A stretch of 63,571 nucleotides of DNA, the filler included, from Hausera hauseri (taxonomy: Eukaryota): the NCBI GenBank assembly GCA_046269625.1. It is 9 parts of 9 records of this genome, joined end to end, with 100 filler letters (N's around TTAATTAATTAA, not from the genome) between each part and the next. Parts side by side here need not be neighbours in the genome. Positions count along the whole stretch, not along the records: positions 1 to 5,093 come from JBJURY010337825.1; positions 5,194 to 10,433 come from JBJURY010301500.1; positions 10,534 to 15,399 come from JBJURY010410144.1; 6 more parts are not named here. One strand, 5' to 3'. The notes beneath the pieces are model-generated. The model was not told the origin of the DNA. It was given only the letters and a program-made list of their open reading frames with translations, and made no database searches. Shown one piece after another: positions 1-11,314 of this stretch. The position numbers were made by a program, and so were the translations under genes. The number at the start of each line of letters is the position of its first letter. Positions within the stretch are counted from its first letter, which is position 1.

Positions 1-329
1 TTTATTACTGAGTCTATAAGGCTTGCCCATGCTTTTGGTAGTCTTTTCAATTTCACTGCGCGGTTCAAAAAACTTCGAAATTGAGAAATTTCCTGACCCG
101 CGGAATTCCATGGGTTTTCTCCGTAAGTATTGATAAGCTAATATAACGATTAGTGATATTTTGCAGCAACGTACATCTAATAAAATTGATTTTCAAATTT
201 TTGGCAGGCACTGCCTTAGTGAGAAGCTAATTCGGTAGTATTCTACATATTTGGAATGTATTATATGTTAATCGGAACTTATAAACCTAATAAAACGCGT
301 AATAAATTCATTACAAACCAGTAAAGTCA

Positions 330-700
330 GTAACGTAAGAGGAAAAACAGTTCTTCATCTTGAATTCATAGCTGGAAAAATCTATTGGATTTATTTGATG
401 AATTTCCTTTACCAAGGCCCTTACTTCAAGTGATTCTGGAGTACACATGAAGGTTTCCATAAGTCTCTAGACTGTTGACTTTTTCTGCATTGAATATACA
501 TTGTTTCTTGTATGCAGTTTTCTTTTCGTCTGGCCGAAATACAGTTTTTCACAATTTTTGCAAGATTTAAATTCTTAAATCTGGGATTTGTTTGCTGATA
601 ATTCTCTTCTTATTGTCCAGGACTCATGTGTTGGAATCATTCGTACTTTTAATTTCCAGAAGACATTTCACCTTATGTGTTCAATATTGTCCGGGAAATG
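330..700 (-). pseudogene. Penelope-like element GIY-YIG endonuclease remnant
   Basis: The minus strand at about 506-570 reads FKSCKNCEKLYFGQTKRKLHTR, matching CxxC...Y(I/F)GQT.R.L..R. Flanking stops; boundaries approximate. Confidence 0.45.
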
Positions 701-897
701 TTATCATTTGATTCATTTTCTGTGGCTGTAAAAGATGAAACTAATTAAATTTAAATTCTAAATGAGGTAAAAACAAAACTATTAGGACAGTCAACAAATT
801 ACGTTTTTGATCCTAGTGAAAAGAAATCTATTTTTAGATCACTGCAAATAAAAGTAGTTATTGATCAAGAATTTGTTTTCTGAATATTTTGTTTTAA

Positions 898-3158
898 CGG
901 TTGTCCTCTGGTCTAAATGGAATGGCGTTGTCTATGGTGTGGGTCTGTGAAACCCTGTAAACATTCCCTAATTTTTTTAAATAATTGAGTCAGAAAAAAA
1001 CATTCAATTTAGTTATATACATTTTAAGCTATTTGTGCAATAATGATTGTTATTGTTTTACTGTATTTAAAATCAGCGAAGATACGAATATGTCTACGAG
1101 AGAAGTTAATTGGTACTTGCACATATTATCTATATGAAATTACCAAGCTGACTTTATTTTTTAGGTCAATTTGTGATGGTCGGCCATCAACGCAAGAGAA
1201 AGTGCGTTAAGAAAATTAGCTGCAGCGCTCGTCCAAAAAGGCAATGCAAAAATGTCGCTAATGAAGTGATTGGTTATGTGTATGAAAAGTCGAATGCCAG
1301 CGAGATGTTCGACAATTCCTCAGAAAATGAAGTATCATCATCCCCCGCTGATACTTTGGATGTCGACTGTTTGACTGCCATAGAAACTAACTCTGACTCT
1401 GATGAAAGTGATGAAGATGATGAACTCATCCCGCATCCCAATGAAAATCTTACTTCAGCTTCTGGACGCGTCTGGCACACGACTCCTCCATCAAATCAAG
1501 ATCGCACAGCCACACAAAATGGAATAAATATCCGTATTAATCAACGTAACAGGGTTATTTCCCCAACTGAAAGAGAAGCTGTACTTCTTTTTTGGACATT
1601 ATTCTTAAATGGAGATTCTTAAATGGAGATTCTTAAATGGAATAATGAAAATCCAAATAAACGCAAAGTTTGGAAGACAATGGATCTTGTGGAATTGGAA
1701 GCTTTTGTTGGTCTGCTAATAGTCATGGGGCATTTAAAGCGAAGTATCGAACTATGGAAGACATACGGTCTATAAGAGATGGAATTCCTGTTTGTAGAGC
1801 CACCAGTGAGATTACGAGCGCATTTATCAAGAAACAGCGAGAAGTCTATGTGCCCAGTGAGTGGTTAACAACCGACGAACAGCTGTTAGAGTTCCATGGG
1901 CGAGTTCCTTTCAAACAATATATCGGCACCAAGCATTGCAAGTTGGGAATTAAATTGATGTGGCTACGTGATGCTCAGTCTTATTATGCTCTCATTGCTG
2001 TGGTCTATATCGGCAAAGGCTCTCTTTCACCAGGAGAAAACATCACTGCCAAAGGCATAACTATGCACTTGTTCAACCCTATTTAAACACGGGTAGACAC
2101 CTAACTAGCGACAAGTGGTATTCTTCTGTTGAAGGCGCCGAAGAGTTGAAGCTCAAGAAAACGTCTTACATTGGAACATTGCATAGTAACAGAAGCAGAG
2201 TACTTCCCGTAGCCAGATCAATCATCAACCGCGCAAGAAAGGACACTCGAGTCTATTACAATGGCCAAGGAATCTCTATTGTCTTTCTGGAATAAGGGGT
2301 ACCTACTCCACAAGACAATAGAAAGTGTATCACGGTATTGGAATACAATCGCACGAAATCTGGTGTGGATATATTTGATAAGCATGTCCGTGGATACTCA
2401 TGCAAAGGAAAATACAGACGCTGGCCTTATGCCATCTCCAACCTCATTGATACAGCAACGAACAATGGATGTATCATCTTCAGTGACCGGGGTCAAATCA
2501 AAAGAAATCCATTATGAGTTTCTGAAGAATGCGGACTATCAACTTGTTGACCAGTAGATCAAGCGTCGCATGGAGGACTGTTAACTCAAAGAGAGTGTGA
2601 AGCTAGCAATGAACTTGTTGGGATATCATGTTGTCAAACCTTCTTTGCCAGGATTTCTGGACGACAGGAAGTCAATTAAGCTGGAAAAAAGAGATCGAGA
2701 TGTGCATATTGCCCACATTCTAAAGACAAACACATCTTGGGTTTGTCCGCGATGCAAGCGACCATTCTGCTTGGAGCTTGTTTAACAAATCCTGTCCAGA
2801 CTGTTGGCATTTGAAATGTATTCTCTATTTGTGTAATTCAACTTCTGTTAACTATATCTCTCTTGGTTCGTGAATGCGTTTCTTTATTTATACTGACATA
2901 CAGTGGCTAGAATTGTTCTAAAAATGAATAAATATATGAAAATCCTCAAGAGTCCGACAGACCCAGACCATAGACAAAGATGAATTTCTCACAAAAGGTG
3001 TCTTAAATTGCAGATATCTACATGGTCCTTTTAGGAAAGTATAAGAGTAGTTATTTAAGAAAAGTCATAATTTCATCGCTGTCAGTCACTCGTGCCCTAA
3101 AAATGTTTGCTGCCAAAATTCAAAAAGACTATATCAGACCCAGAACAGAGGACAACCG
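898..3158 (+). mobile_element. piggyBac DNA transposon, full-length and non-functional (2261 bp)
   Basis: TTAA at 894-897 and 3159-3162. 13-bp TIR CGGTTGTCCTCTG at 898-910 and 3146-3158. 21-bp internal inverted repeats at 928-948 and 2957-2977 with one mismatch. Transposase inside. Confidence 0.95.
1173..2800 (+). pseudogene. piggyBac transposase, frameshifted
   Basis: Acidic N-terminus; ELEAFVGLLIVMG; TTDEQLLEFHGRVPFKQYIGTK..KLGIK; TSDKWYSS; SGVDIFD; Cys-rich C-terminus (CAYC, CPRCKRPFC). A 14-bp unit repeated three times at 1601-1641 shifts the frame. Confidence 0.92.
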
Positions 3159-3471
3159 TTAAGCGTAGAAAGATAGAAACCCATATGTGAGCAGTCAGAA
3201 TCCGGTGTTAGATATTCAAAAACAACTGTACGAGTCAAATAATTACCGAATTGAACTCAAAAACTCTGTGAACCTTATAGCTTCTATAAATTCCCCATAT
3301 GCCCAAACCGTTTGTGGCAGCACAATGGACACTTTATTTTCCATAAATATTCACTTAAATTAATTAGTCGCATCGGTAAAGGGACTTCTGCCCACCCCTG
3401 TATATTCCTATTGGAAAGTTGTAACAAAAGTCCGGTGAGAATCATAATTTTGAAATATGGATTTACATGCG

Positions 3472-4258
3472 TCATTCAAATGGAAATAACATTTGCTCAC
3501 CGTGAATCGTAATCACATTTTGTTGTACAACCGAATTCCGTTGTTTTTTGTGAGGTATTGAGTTCATAAATTCACTATTCATCCTTTTCAAAGTAACGGA
3601 CGACAACTGACGAGTTTCATTGATGTCAAGTGACAACCGACTCCTCAAAATCCGTTCTCTCAATTGTGGTGGTTCAAAATTTTCCGATTCTGTTGGTTTT
3701 TGCATGACTTTTGATCGTTGTGGTTGTCGTCTTAATGGAGTTTTATGGTCGCTATTCAACGGTTTAAGTGAAGAACCACTCGACGATGCTTGACTGGCAT
3801 CATTTAAATGACTTATGGTTTGTGTATGATCTTCGTCAACGGTTTCCACTATGTCATACATCTCACGGAACGCACCCGGTTCCAATTCCCAAGACGCATC
3901 CCTACAACGACATCAATCAATCAACTGTGCTATTGCCACTCAACCGATCTGGCAACCACAGACCACACGACTGCAAATTATCCAGGAACACGTCTCTGTC
4001 ACCGCAATTCGGACATTTGGCGTGATGCAATCCCGCCGACAGACAGTAGCGCCGTGCACATTCTCGGTGCATCCAGCAACGAGAACAACAAATGCCGTGT
4101 ACGACATTGCCGGCGTCGATTTTCGCGTGCAGTTGCTGAATTTCGGATTCAGTGGTGGAAATTTGAAAATTTTCATCATAACCGGGATCAGTGATGTACG
4201 ATAAACAAATGGTACATTCTGGAATGTTACCATCGAGCTGTTCCAGTTGTTCGGTCAT
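3472..4258 (-). CDS. G2E3/PHF7-like PHD/RING zinc-finger protein, 3' exons (intron 3902-3944)
   Basis: CTIC...CCSRCWMHRECARRYCLSAG..KCPNC...GLWLPD joins R-DASWELEPGAF across a 43-nt GT..AG intron, restoring the family RDASWE motif. Upstream exons not resolved. Confidence 0.75.
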
Positions 4259-5093
4259 GTCCTTAACAAAGGTTATTGAAAGCAGATTGTGAGTTCCGTT
4301 TTATCAGTTTAATGACGTATTAACTGAAAGGATTCCAATAGATCTTGGTATAGCACTAGTCAGTAGTTAAATACAATGTACAGAGTTTATCACTTATGGC
4401 GGACAGTCAAATTTCCGTCGAGATAAGCGGTTGTTGGCATAGATGATTTATGTAATCTTCCGATCTATTTGATTTAAACGCGAATGCCTAAAGACATTTT
4501 TAAACTTGTTCTCGGACGAATCTGTCTTAGATCTACACGTCGATATAAACAGTCGAATTGCACCATAATGGACTGTAGAGAAGTGGATGGCTTTCTATGT
4601 CTATTTAGTTGTTATAAAAAGCACTAAAGTTGTGAGTTTCGGACCGGATGGAAGAATTTTCGTCAAGACTAACGGTGTCGACAAAAATGAGGAGCATTGT
4701 TCACTAAATTCCGTAATCTGTTTAATTTCCTAAAGGAGGCTATGTAAAGTATATGTGGTTGATGTCTTGTTCCCGCTAACAATACCAAATGTTCATGATT
4801 AACTTTCTTTTCTTTGTTGTGCAAATCAGGCGACCAGATACAATTGTACATCATTCACTGTGCCTCACTGATGTGCCGAAATTATTCATCAGTTAAATTG
4901 ATCTTGAACAATCATCTGGAGGCCGTTTTCCAATTGTTGCTCAGTTCCGGTTTTTCTGGTTTATTATGTAAATTCAAAAGTAACTTTGTTTACGAAAAAA
5001 TCGGTTCATAGAGGAATCCGAAAACTGTTCGAAAATCAAATCTATCAAGTCTATCTTCATTATACTTCTGGTCGTGTATGCCGATTTATTATC

Positions 5094-5193
5094 NNNNNNN
5101 NNNNNNNNNNNNNNNNNNNNNNNNNNNNNNNNNNNNNTTAATTAATTAANNNNNNNNNNNNNNNNNNNNNNNNNNNNNNNNNNNNNNNNNNNN
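5094..5193. other. Artificial contig spacer N44-TTAATTAATTAA-N44 (also 10434-10533, 15400-15499, 33009-33108, 38054-38153, 43875-43974, 50337-50436, 55624-55723)
   Basis: The same 100-bp cassette, with stops in all six frames, occurs eight times. Confidence 0.99.
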
Positions 5194-5197
5194 CAGT

Positions 5198-5512
5198 TTG
5201 CCCTACAATATATCTATTGTGGGAATACAATCAGTAACAGTGACATGTGATTTTGGCGAGCCAATAAATTTATGCACATTGGCTCAGAATAATCCAAGTC
5301 TCTATGAGTCAGAATTATTTCCGGCACTAAGATTAACTTGCTATAATCCTCTATGCGTAAATGAGTTTCGTACGAGTGAAATTGTTATTACCGGTTTGAA
5401 GGATTTGAATTATAATGATTTTGTTAGCTGTGTTTTGGATAATATATTATTATCGACTTATTTCTCTTTTTCGAAAACGCAACACATGTGTATACAGCAA
5501 CAACTTTATTAA
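5198..5512 (+). CDS. TBP-like protein, C-terminal repeat (5' end cut by contig edge)
   Basis: IQSVTVTCDFGEPINLCTLA...YESELFPALRL..NPLCVNEF....IVITGLK resembles TBP repeat 2 (IQN.V.SCD...YEPELFPGL...IF.SGK.V.TGAK). Homologous to 39811-40247. Confidence 0.75.
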   Translation: MPYNISIVGIQSVTVTCDFGEPINLCTLAQNNPSLYESELFPALRLTCYNPLCVNEFRTSEIVITGLKDLNYNDFVSCVLDNILLSTYFSFSKTQHMCIQQQLY

Positions 5513-5527
5513 CACGACAATAACAAT

Positions 5528-6372
5528 CTATACCATCACTACATGATCAATCCTGAATATCACCCTCCTCTTATTCCTCTTTTTCCGCAATAATAGCGAT
5601 TTCAATTTCTTCATCACCGCATTCACTGTGTCGGCCATCTTCGCAACAGTCTTGGAACAATTCGGTATCTTCAATCTTATTAGCTGCATCCAATTGAATA
5701 CATGTATATTTTGTAATATCTTCTTCAAAGCAGGTATTATCCCCTTTGCTCATATCAGGTTTATTATTAGTGTCTATTATGTAGGTCATATTGTATATTT
5801 AGCACTTGTTTATACACCTCAACATAATGTACATTTGTTTTAATGCATCAAGTGATTTAAATATCTGGTGGCGCCATATTCGAATAGGTTTTCGACCATT
5901 GGGATTCTAATGTCCTCATTAGATTCTTCGATTAATGCATTCTTGACCAAATTTTCGAGTTCGAATCGATGTTTCTTCGAGTTCGAATAATGTTTTTGAT
6001 CATCTAATATCATATTCACATTCCGCATGCATGACTTCATATCCCGCTCCGCTACTAGATTTATCGATTTCGGCATCACTGCGCTTTAAATCCACATTTT
6101 GCTTATTTCGAAATATTGATTTTATGCCCATATTGTACATTTTCATGACATAATTTTTATGTACTTAGGGGGTTTCATATACTGCGAATCGATTCCAGCC
6201 GTTAGATTTTTCGAATAATTCGAACTTCAATATTCGAGCTCGAAAATCTTTGAATTTAGAATTTTCGACTCGAAATTCAAGTTCCCCATTGTCCATTTTC
6301 TATCTGTCCCCGCTCAGTGTTATATCAAATTTTGCTTCCTTAGCACTTAAAAACATCGAAAATATGGCCCAT
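5528..6372 (-). other. Cluster of small, closely packed unknown ORFs (5571-5789 acidic, 5840-6079, about 6165-6372), probably element accessory genes
   Basis: Compact intronless ORFs next to the TBP-like gene, some with internal stops. No family recognised. Confidence 0.35.
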
Positions 6373-6409
6373 TTGCATTTTCGATCGATATTGATCGATA
6401 TCTAATCGA

Positions 6410-7105
6410 TAAATTTAAATTCTAACTGCACATTTATATACTACATCATGTTTCCTTTCGATTGCATCCGGTCCCGAGTGCTAATCATCTATATTGGAAC
6501 TATCGGAAATTCGATATTATTGATTTTTGCACACTTGCATACATTCTTTTGCACTGCACACCACATACCAAGGTGCATCTCGATGTGCTCTATCCATTAG
6601 CACTTGACCCCGATCAATTCCATTACTCCTACGCTGCACAACTGCAAAAGTGTATAAAGTGAAAAGGTGCCCTGACAACCATATCCAAGAGTACACCAAT
6701 ACCGAGTTTTGCATTAATCGAAAGTACATCAAGAACTGCACCTGCCAGTATATGCGCCATATTGATATTATTGACTTAAAATTTATAGCGGAAAGGCCTG
6801 TGGCGGTTCGATACCACTTGGAAATTATTCGAACACCAATCAACCGATTTAAATTCTAACTGCACATTCACATACTGCATCACATGGGCTACCGATTTCA
6901 CCTGGTGCCGAGTGCTAATCATCAATATTGGGATTATCGGAAATTCGATATTATTTATTTTTGCACACTTGCACATGTGCTGCACACCTGGAATGTGCAC
7001 CAATCGATGCGCACTGATATGCACTATCGATTAGCACTTTGTCCAGATCGATTCGATCAATACTGCACTGTGCGGCAATCGATTTGTGCAAACTGCAAAA
7101 GTGTG
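6410..7105. repeat. Diverged direct repeat, about 250-bp blocks about 435 bp apart
   Basis: TTTAAATTCTAACTGCACATT...CCGAGTGCTAATCATC...TATCGGAAATTCGATATTATT...TTTTTGCACACTTGCA occurs near 6414 and near 6848. Confidence 0.85.
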
Positions 7106-7214
7106 CCTAGCAACAGTGCGTAGCGGTGCCGTCGCCTAGCACTCTATAGCTTGATAGTGCACCGTGTGCTCTATCGTTTGGCGCATGTGCAGTATCGATT
7201 TCCTGAGGGTGGGA

Positions 7215-9700
7215 CCGTACCGCCATTTTCACCCTACTCACCAGTGGTGATGGTCAAGAAAAAAGACGGAACCATGAGCTTCTGCATAGCTTATAGTGTA
7301 TTAAATGAAATAATGGAGACCGATACATACCCATTGCCAAGCATTGATGAAATATTAGATAAACTACATGGTTCAACAATATTTACAACTATTGATTTAC
7401 AGAAACGATATTGGCAGGTAGAAGTAAAAGAAGAAGATAAACCTTAAACGGAGTTTTCAATAGGGGAAGGATTATGGAAATTTAATAGGATACCATTTGG
7501 ATTAAAGAACGAGCCGCCAACTTTCCAAAGAGGAACAGAATTATTACTTTTAGACGCACTCCATGCTATGGTGTATATCGATGACGTAATAATAACATCA
7601 TCGAATTTTCAATAACATTTAAAGGATTTACAAGATCTATTCGACAGATGAAAATAATTGGTTTAAAAATAAATCCCAAGAAGTGCATATATGCTAAAAC
7701 TGAAGTTGATTTTCTTGTACATCGAGTTGATAAGCACGGAGTGGGACCACAGCATAGACTATTAGGAAAAATTCAAGATTTTCCAAAACCCACTATAGTT
7801 AAAGAATTACGGCAGTTCCTCGGACTTGCGAACTATTATAGAAGATTTATAAAGGATTTTAGTAAGATAGCCAAACCGCTCTACGAGTTATTATGCGAAG
7901 ACCTATAAAAAGTAATATGGACAAGTGATTGCCAGAACGCTTTTGAGCATTTAAAAGAAAAATTATTAAACGCTCCTATTTTAATTTATCCAGACATGAC
8001 TAAGCCGTTTATATTAGCAACTGATGCAAGTGACTATGGAGTAGGAGCAGTCCTATCACAAAAAGGTAAGGATGGTAACGAACATCCAAATGCATATGCA
8101 TCAAGAAAATTAAGTAAGCACCAAAAGACGTATTCCGTCATCGAAAAGGAACTGTTAGCAGTAATATTCTCATTAGACGTATTTTCGCCTTTTATCAGTG
8201 AGAATAAACCCTTAGTAATATACACAGATCATCGACCATTACAATGGTTGAAAAGGCATGAAAATCCCAATAGTAGCTTATTACGATGGACTTTAAAACT
8301 TCAACTCTATACATTAGATTTTCAATATAAGCCCGGCACACGAAATGCAAACGCTGACTACTTATCGAGAATATCACAGGAACAAAAGGAAAGGAAAGAA
8401 GTAGTAGCAGCCGTATGGAGCATGGACGGATCCGTAGAAAAGATAATGGAAAATCAAATGAAAGATGAAGAGATAAAAACAATCAGAAGTTATATACAAA
8501 ATAGAATAGTACCAAAGGATAGAGAGTTAGCTCGTCATTTGGCCCGATTCATTGAGGCTTACAAAGAAAAAGATGGATTTTTGCATTATATTCATCAGAA
8601 TGGACCTACACAAGTAATTCCAAAAAATAGAGCAGTTTTTCTAACTCAGTACCACGACGGATTATTAGGCGGACACCAGTCAGCAAGAAAAACGATAAAT
8701 AAGCTGAAAAAAAATACTTTTGGTCACCTATGATAAAGGATGTTCAAGACTGGTGCGATAGCTGCAAGCTGTGCGCTACCAGGAAAAACACCGGATCTGA
8801 ATTTAAAGACCCTCTGAAAGTATAGGACAATCCCCCGGATCCATTTGAATTTACTGCAATGTGTATAACCGGGCCATTACCACTAACTAGAAATGGAAAT
8901 CGATACATTCTTGTATTTATAGACTATTTTACTCGATGGGTCGTTGCCTTCTCCATGCAAGATATGAAGGCGGATACAATGGCAGAGAAATTTGTATAAA
9001 ATATTGTATTTAATTATGGAGCTCCAAGGATCCTATTAACAGACCAAGCGTCGAACTTAACCAGTAATGTGATGCAAGCTATATACGATATTATGAGGAT
9101 ACTAAAGTTGCGGTCAACACACGGTTATCCGAAAAATAACGGAATGGTGGAAAAATACATCGGCGACCTGAAAAATAAGTTACAAAGGGTCATCAGTACT
9201 AGGAAAAATGATGGGACGAATACATTAACGCTTGCGTATTCGTAAATCTAACGTCAGTACATGAGACCACGAAGGAGACTCCATTTTATTTGATGTACCT
9301 AAGAGATGCCAGACTACCTATCGACTTGGATTTTAATGTAAAGCCCACGTCCCACTTAATGGAAGTGGAAGAATACAAGCAACTAATGCAAGAGCGATTA
9401 CAGTTAGCATATGAGATAGTGAAGGATAATCAGAAAGATTATAAGATAACTTATAAAAAGTAGTATGATAAAAAAACCAACCAACCAACAATTAAAGTAA
9501 GAGATTCGATCATGGAATATACTCCACTAAATAAAAAGGGAAAAACATCCAAGTTAGATAGGTTGTACAATAGACCATATGTGATAGAAAGGTAGATCTA
9601 CCCAACGTTTGTCTAAAGAAAAACAATACTATTCTCAAAGTTTATATCAACAGATGTAAACCAGCGCCTAAAGAGAGTGAATTAAAAAACGATGAAAAAG
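7215..9700 (+). mobile_element. Ty3/Gypsy pol pseudogene (RT, RNase H, integrase)
   Basis: SPVVMVKKKDG, YPLPSID, IDL, YIDD (near 7574), FLGLANYYRRFI, TDASDYGVGAVL, YTDHRPL, HHCC zinc finger, DYFTRW, TDQASN, NGMVEK. Several stops and frameshifts. Confidence 0.95.
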
Positions 9701-10433
9701 AACTTGTACGGGCCATCAAATATAAAAAGAGAATTAAAAAAACTCAAAATTACGAAGTATTCGGATACTTTTGCCTATGGGTTCTGATAGGGATACCAGG
9801 CCTTATAGCTCAGATGATGAAACCACTTGACCCATGGGTGAGAACCTTTCCTTCAAACGAAACCTTAGAAAGTAGCCTGATGAAAAGTATTTATCATGAG
9901 ATAACCTATACAAGGAAAGGCCAAAAATGTATAAGATTTATGATATTTGAAAGGCTACCCAACTCGTATATGATAGGAATTCAAGCGATCCACGAACATG
10001 ATCGCGAACGAAGCCCGAAACAACGAAAGTATGATTGCGGTCTTAATTATTGGAAAAACACAACGGATTGTATAGTACATGACTCTGGCAATTATCTCAT
10101 ACACTATACTCTAATCAAGAGACATAAGAATTGCTATCAATGGCAATATACCACGTACCGAGGTATCATACAGGTTCCTAATAGATGAACAATGAATGCA
10201 ACCAAATTAGACAAAATAATAATAAAGTGAACAAAGTTGTATCGAAATTAGAACAATGATAGAGCTGGAAGAGAACAGAGCAATAAGTATAAGACTCACC
10301 AATGTACAAAAGAAGCAAAGGATACCAACAAAGTTCTAGTTACTGACAGGCACCTTCGAGTTTGCTGTAACGCCATACGAGGAAGAACCTATGATTTAGA
10401 ATTTGTGTTAGTACGAAAGGATCCAGAGATCAC
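9601..10433 (+). CDS. Env-like extension in frame with the integrase C-terminus
   Basis: One frame reads KVYINRCK...YEVFGYFCLWVLIGIPGLIAQ (hydrophobic) into ORF 9814-10188, which has cysteines and the sequons NET and NTT. Degenerate after 10188. Confidence 0.45.
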
Positions 10434-10533
10434 NNNNNNNNNNNNNNNNNNNNNNNNNNNNNNNNNNNNNNNNNNNNTTAATTAATTAANNNNNNNNNNN
10501 NNNNNNNNNNNNNNNNNNNNNNNNNNNNNNNNN

Positions 10534-11005
10534 TGTCTTTTGAAAACAATTTAGCAGGTGGTGACAGTCTCTCAAAAATCCACGGTATAGCGAATATTCG
10601 CTCAGAAATTCCCGGTTGTATAATGGATACAACTTACATTATTTGCGCAACGCTATTCAATTGACACTGCCGCAAACGGTAAAAATCAAACCGAATTAAT
10701 ATGGTCCATTGGTGAAAAAGATCAGCGACGATGATTTGGATACGATGGAAGACACAATTGGAAAATTTTACAGTGATTTGGCGTTGAGTAACGATATCCC
10801 AGATACATCGTCGATTTTTCTCAAAGAAAATATGGCGATAATTGTCAGTTCACATGGCGGAGAAACAGCAGCAGCAGCAATAGCGGCAGCAGTTTTGCCA
10901 CTGGAAGGAGCTAAAGGCTACCTGACACTGAAGCTCAAAGGATTCAAGGAAAGGAGTAGCGTCAAATCTCCAATATGGAAAATGTGGAACTTTACTATGA
11001 TTTAA
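10534..11005 (+). pseudogene. Polinton ORF convergent with pPolB, copy 1; function unknown, possibly SSB-like
   Basis: Homologous to 44014-44480 (KKISDDDLD.MEDTI, GAKG.LTLKLK..K...VKSPI). Frameshifted. Confidence 0.5.
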
Positions 11006-11314
11006 CTGACTTACTTTGTGTGTGTATGTGTGTGTGTCTTTTGTGATTTTAGTTTTTCTCCGATTAATAAATAAATGTATTCGTGTTACATATTTTGTTT
11101 TCTCTTACAAGGTTGTTGTTTTACTTTTATTTATATTGTACTTAATAATATTAATAGGTTAAGTAAGCAACCGAAAACAAAACACAAAAGACACTGAACA
11201 AAGTACAATATTAACATCGAAACAAAACAATGTACAAAAGATAATCATTGTCAATAATTGTCACAATATCCAGACCAGATTAAATTGTCTGTATCTGTCA
11301 ACACCGAAAGTGTT

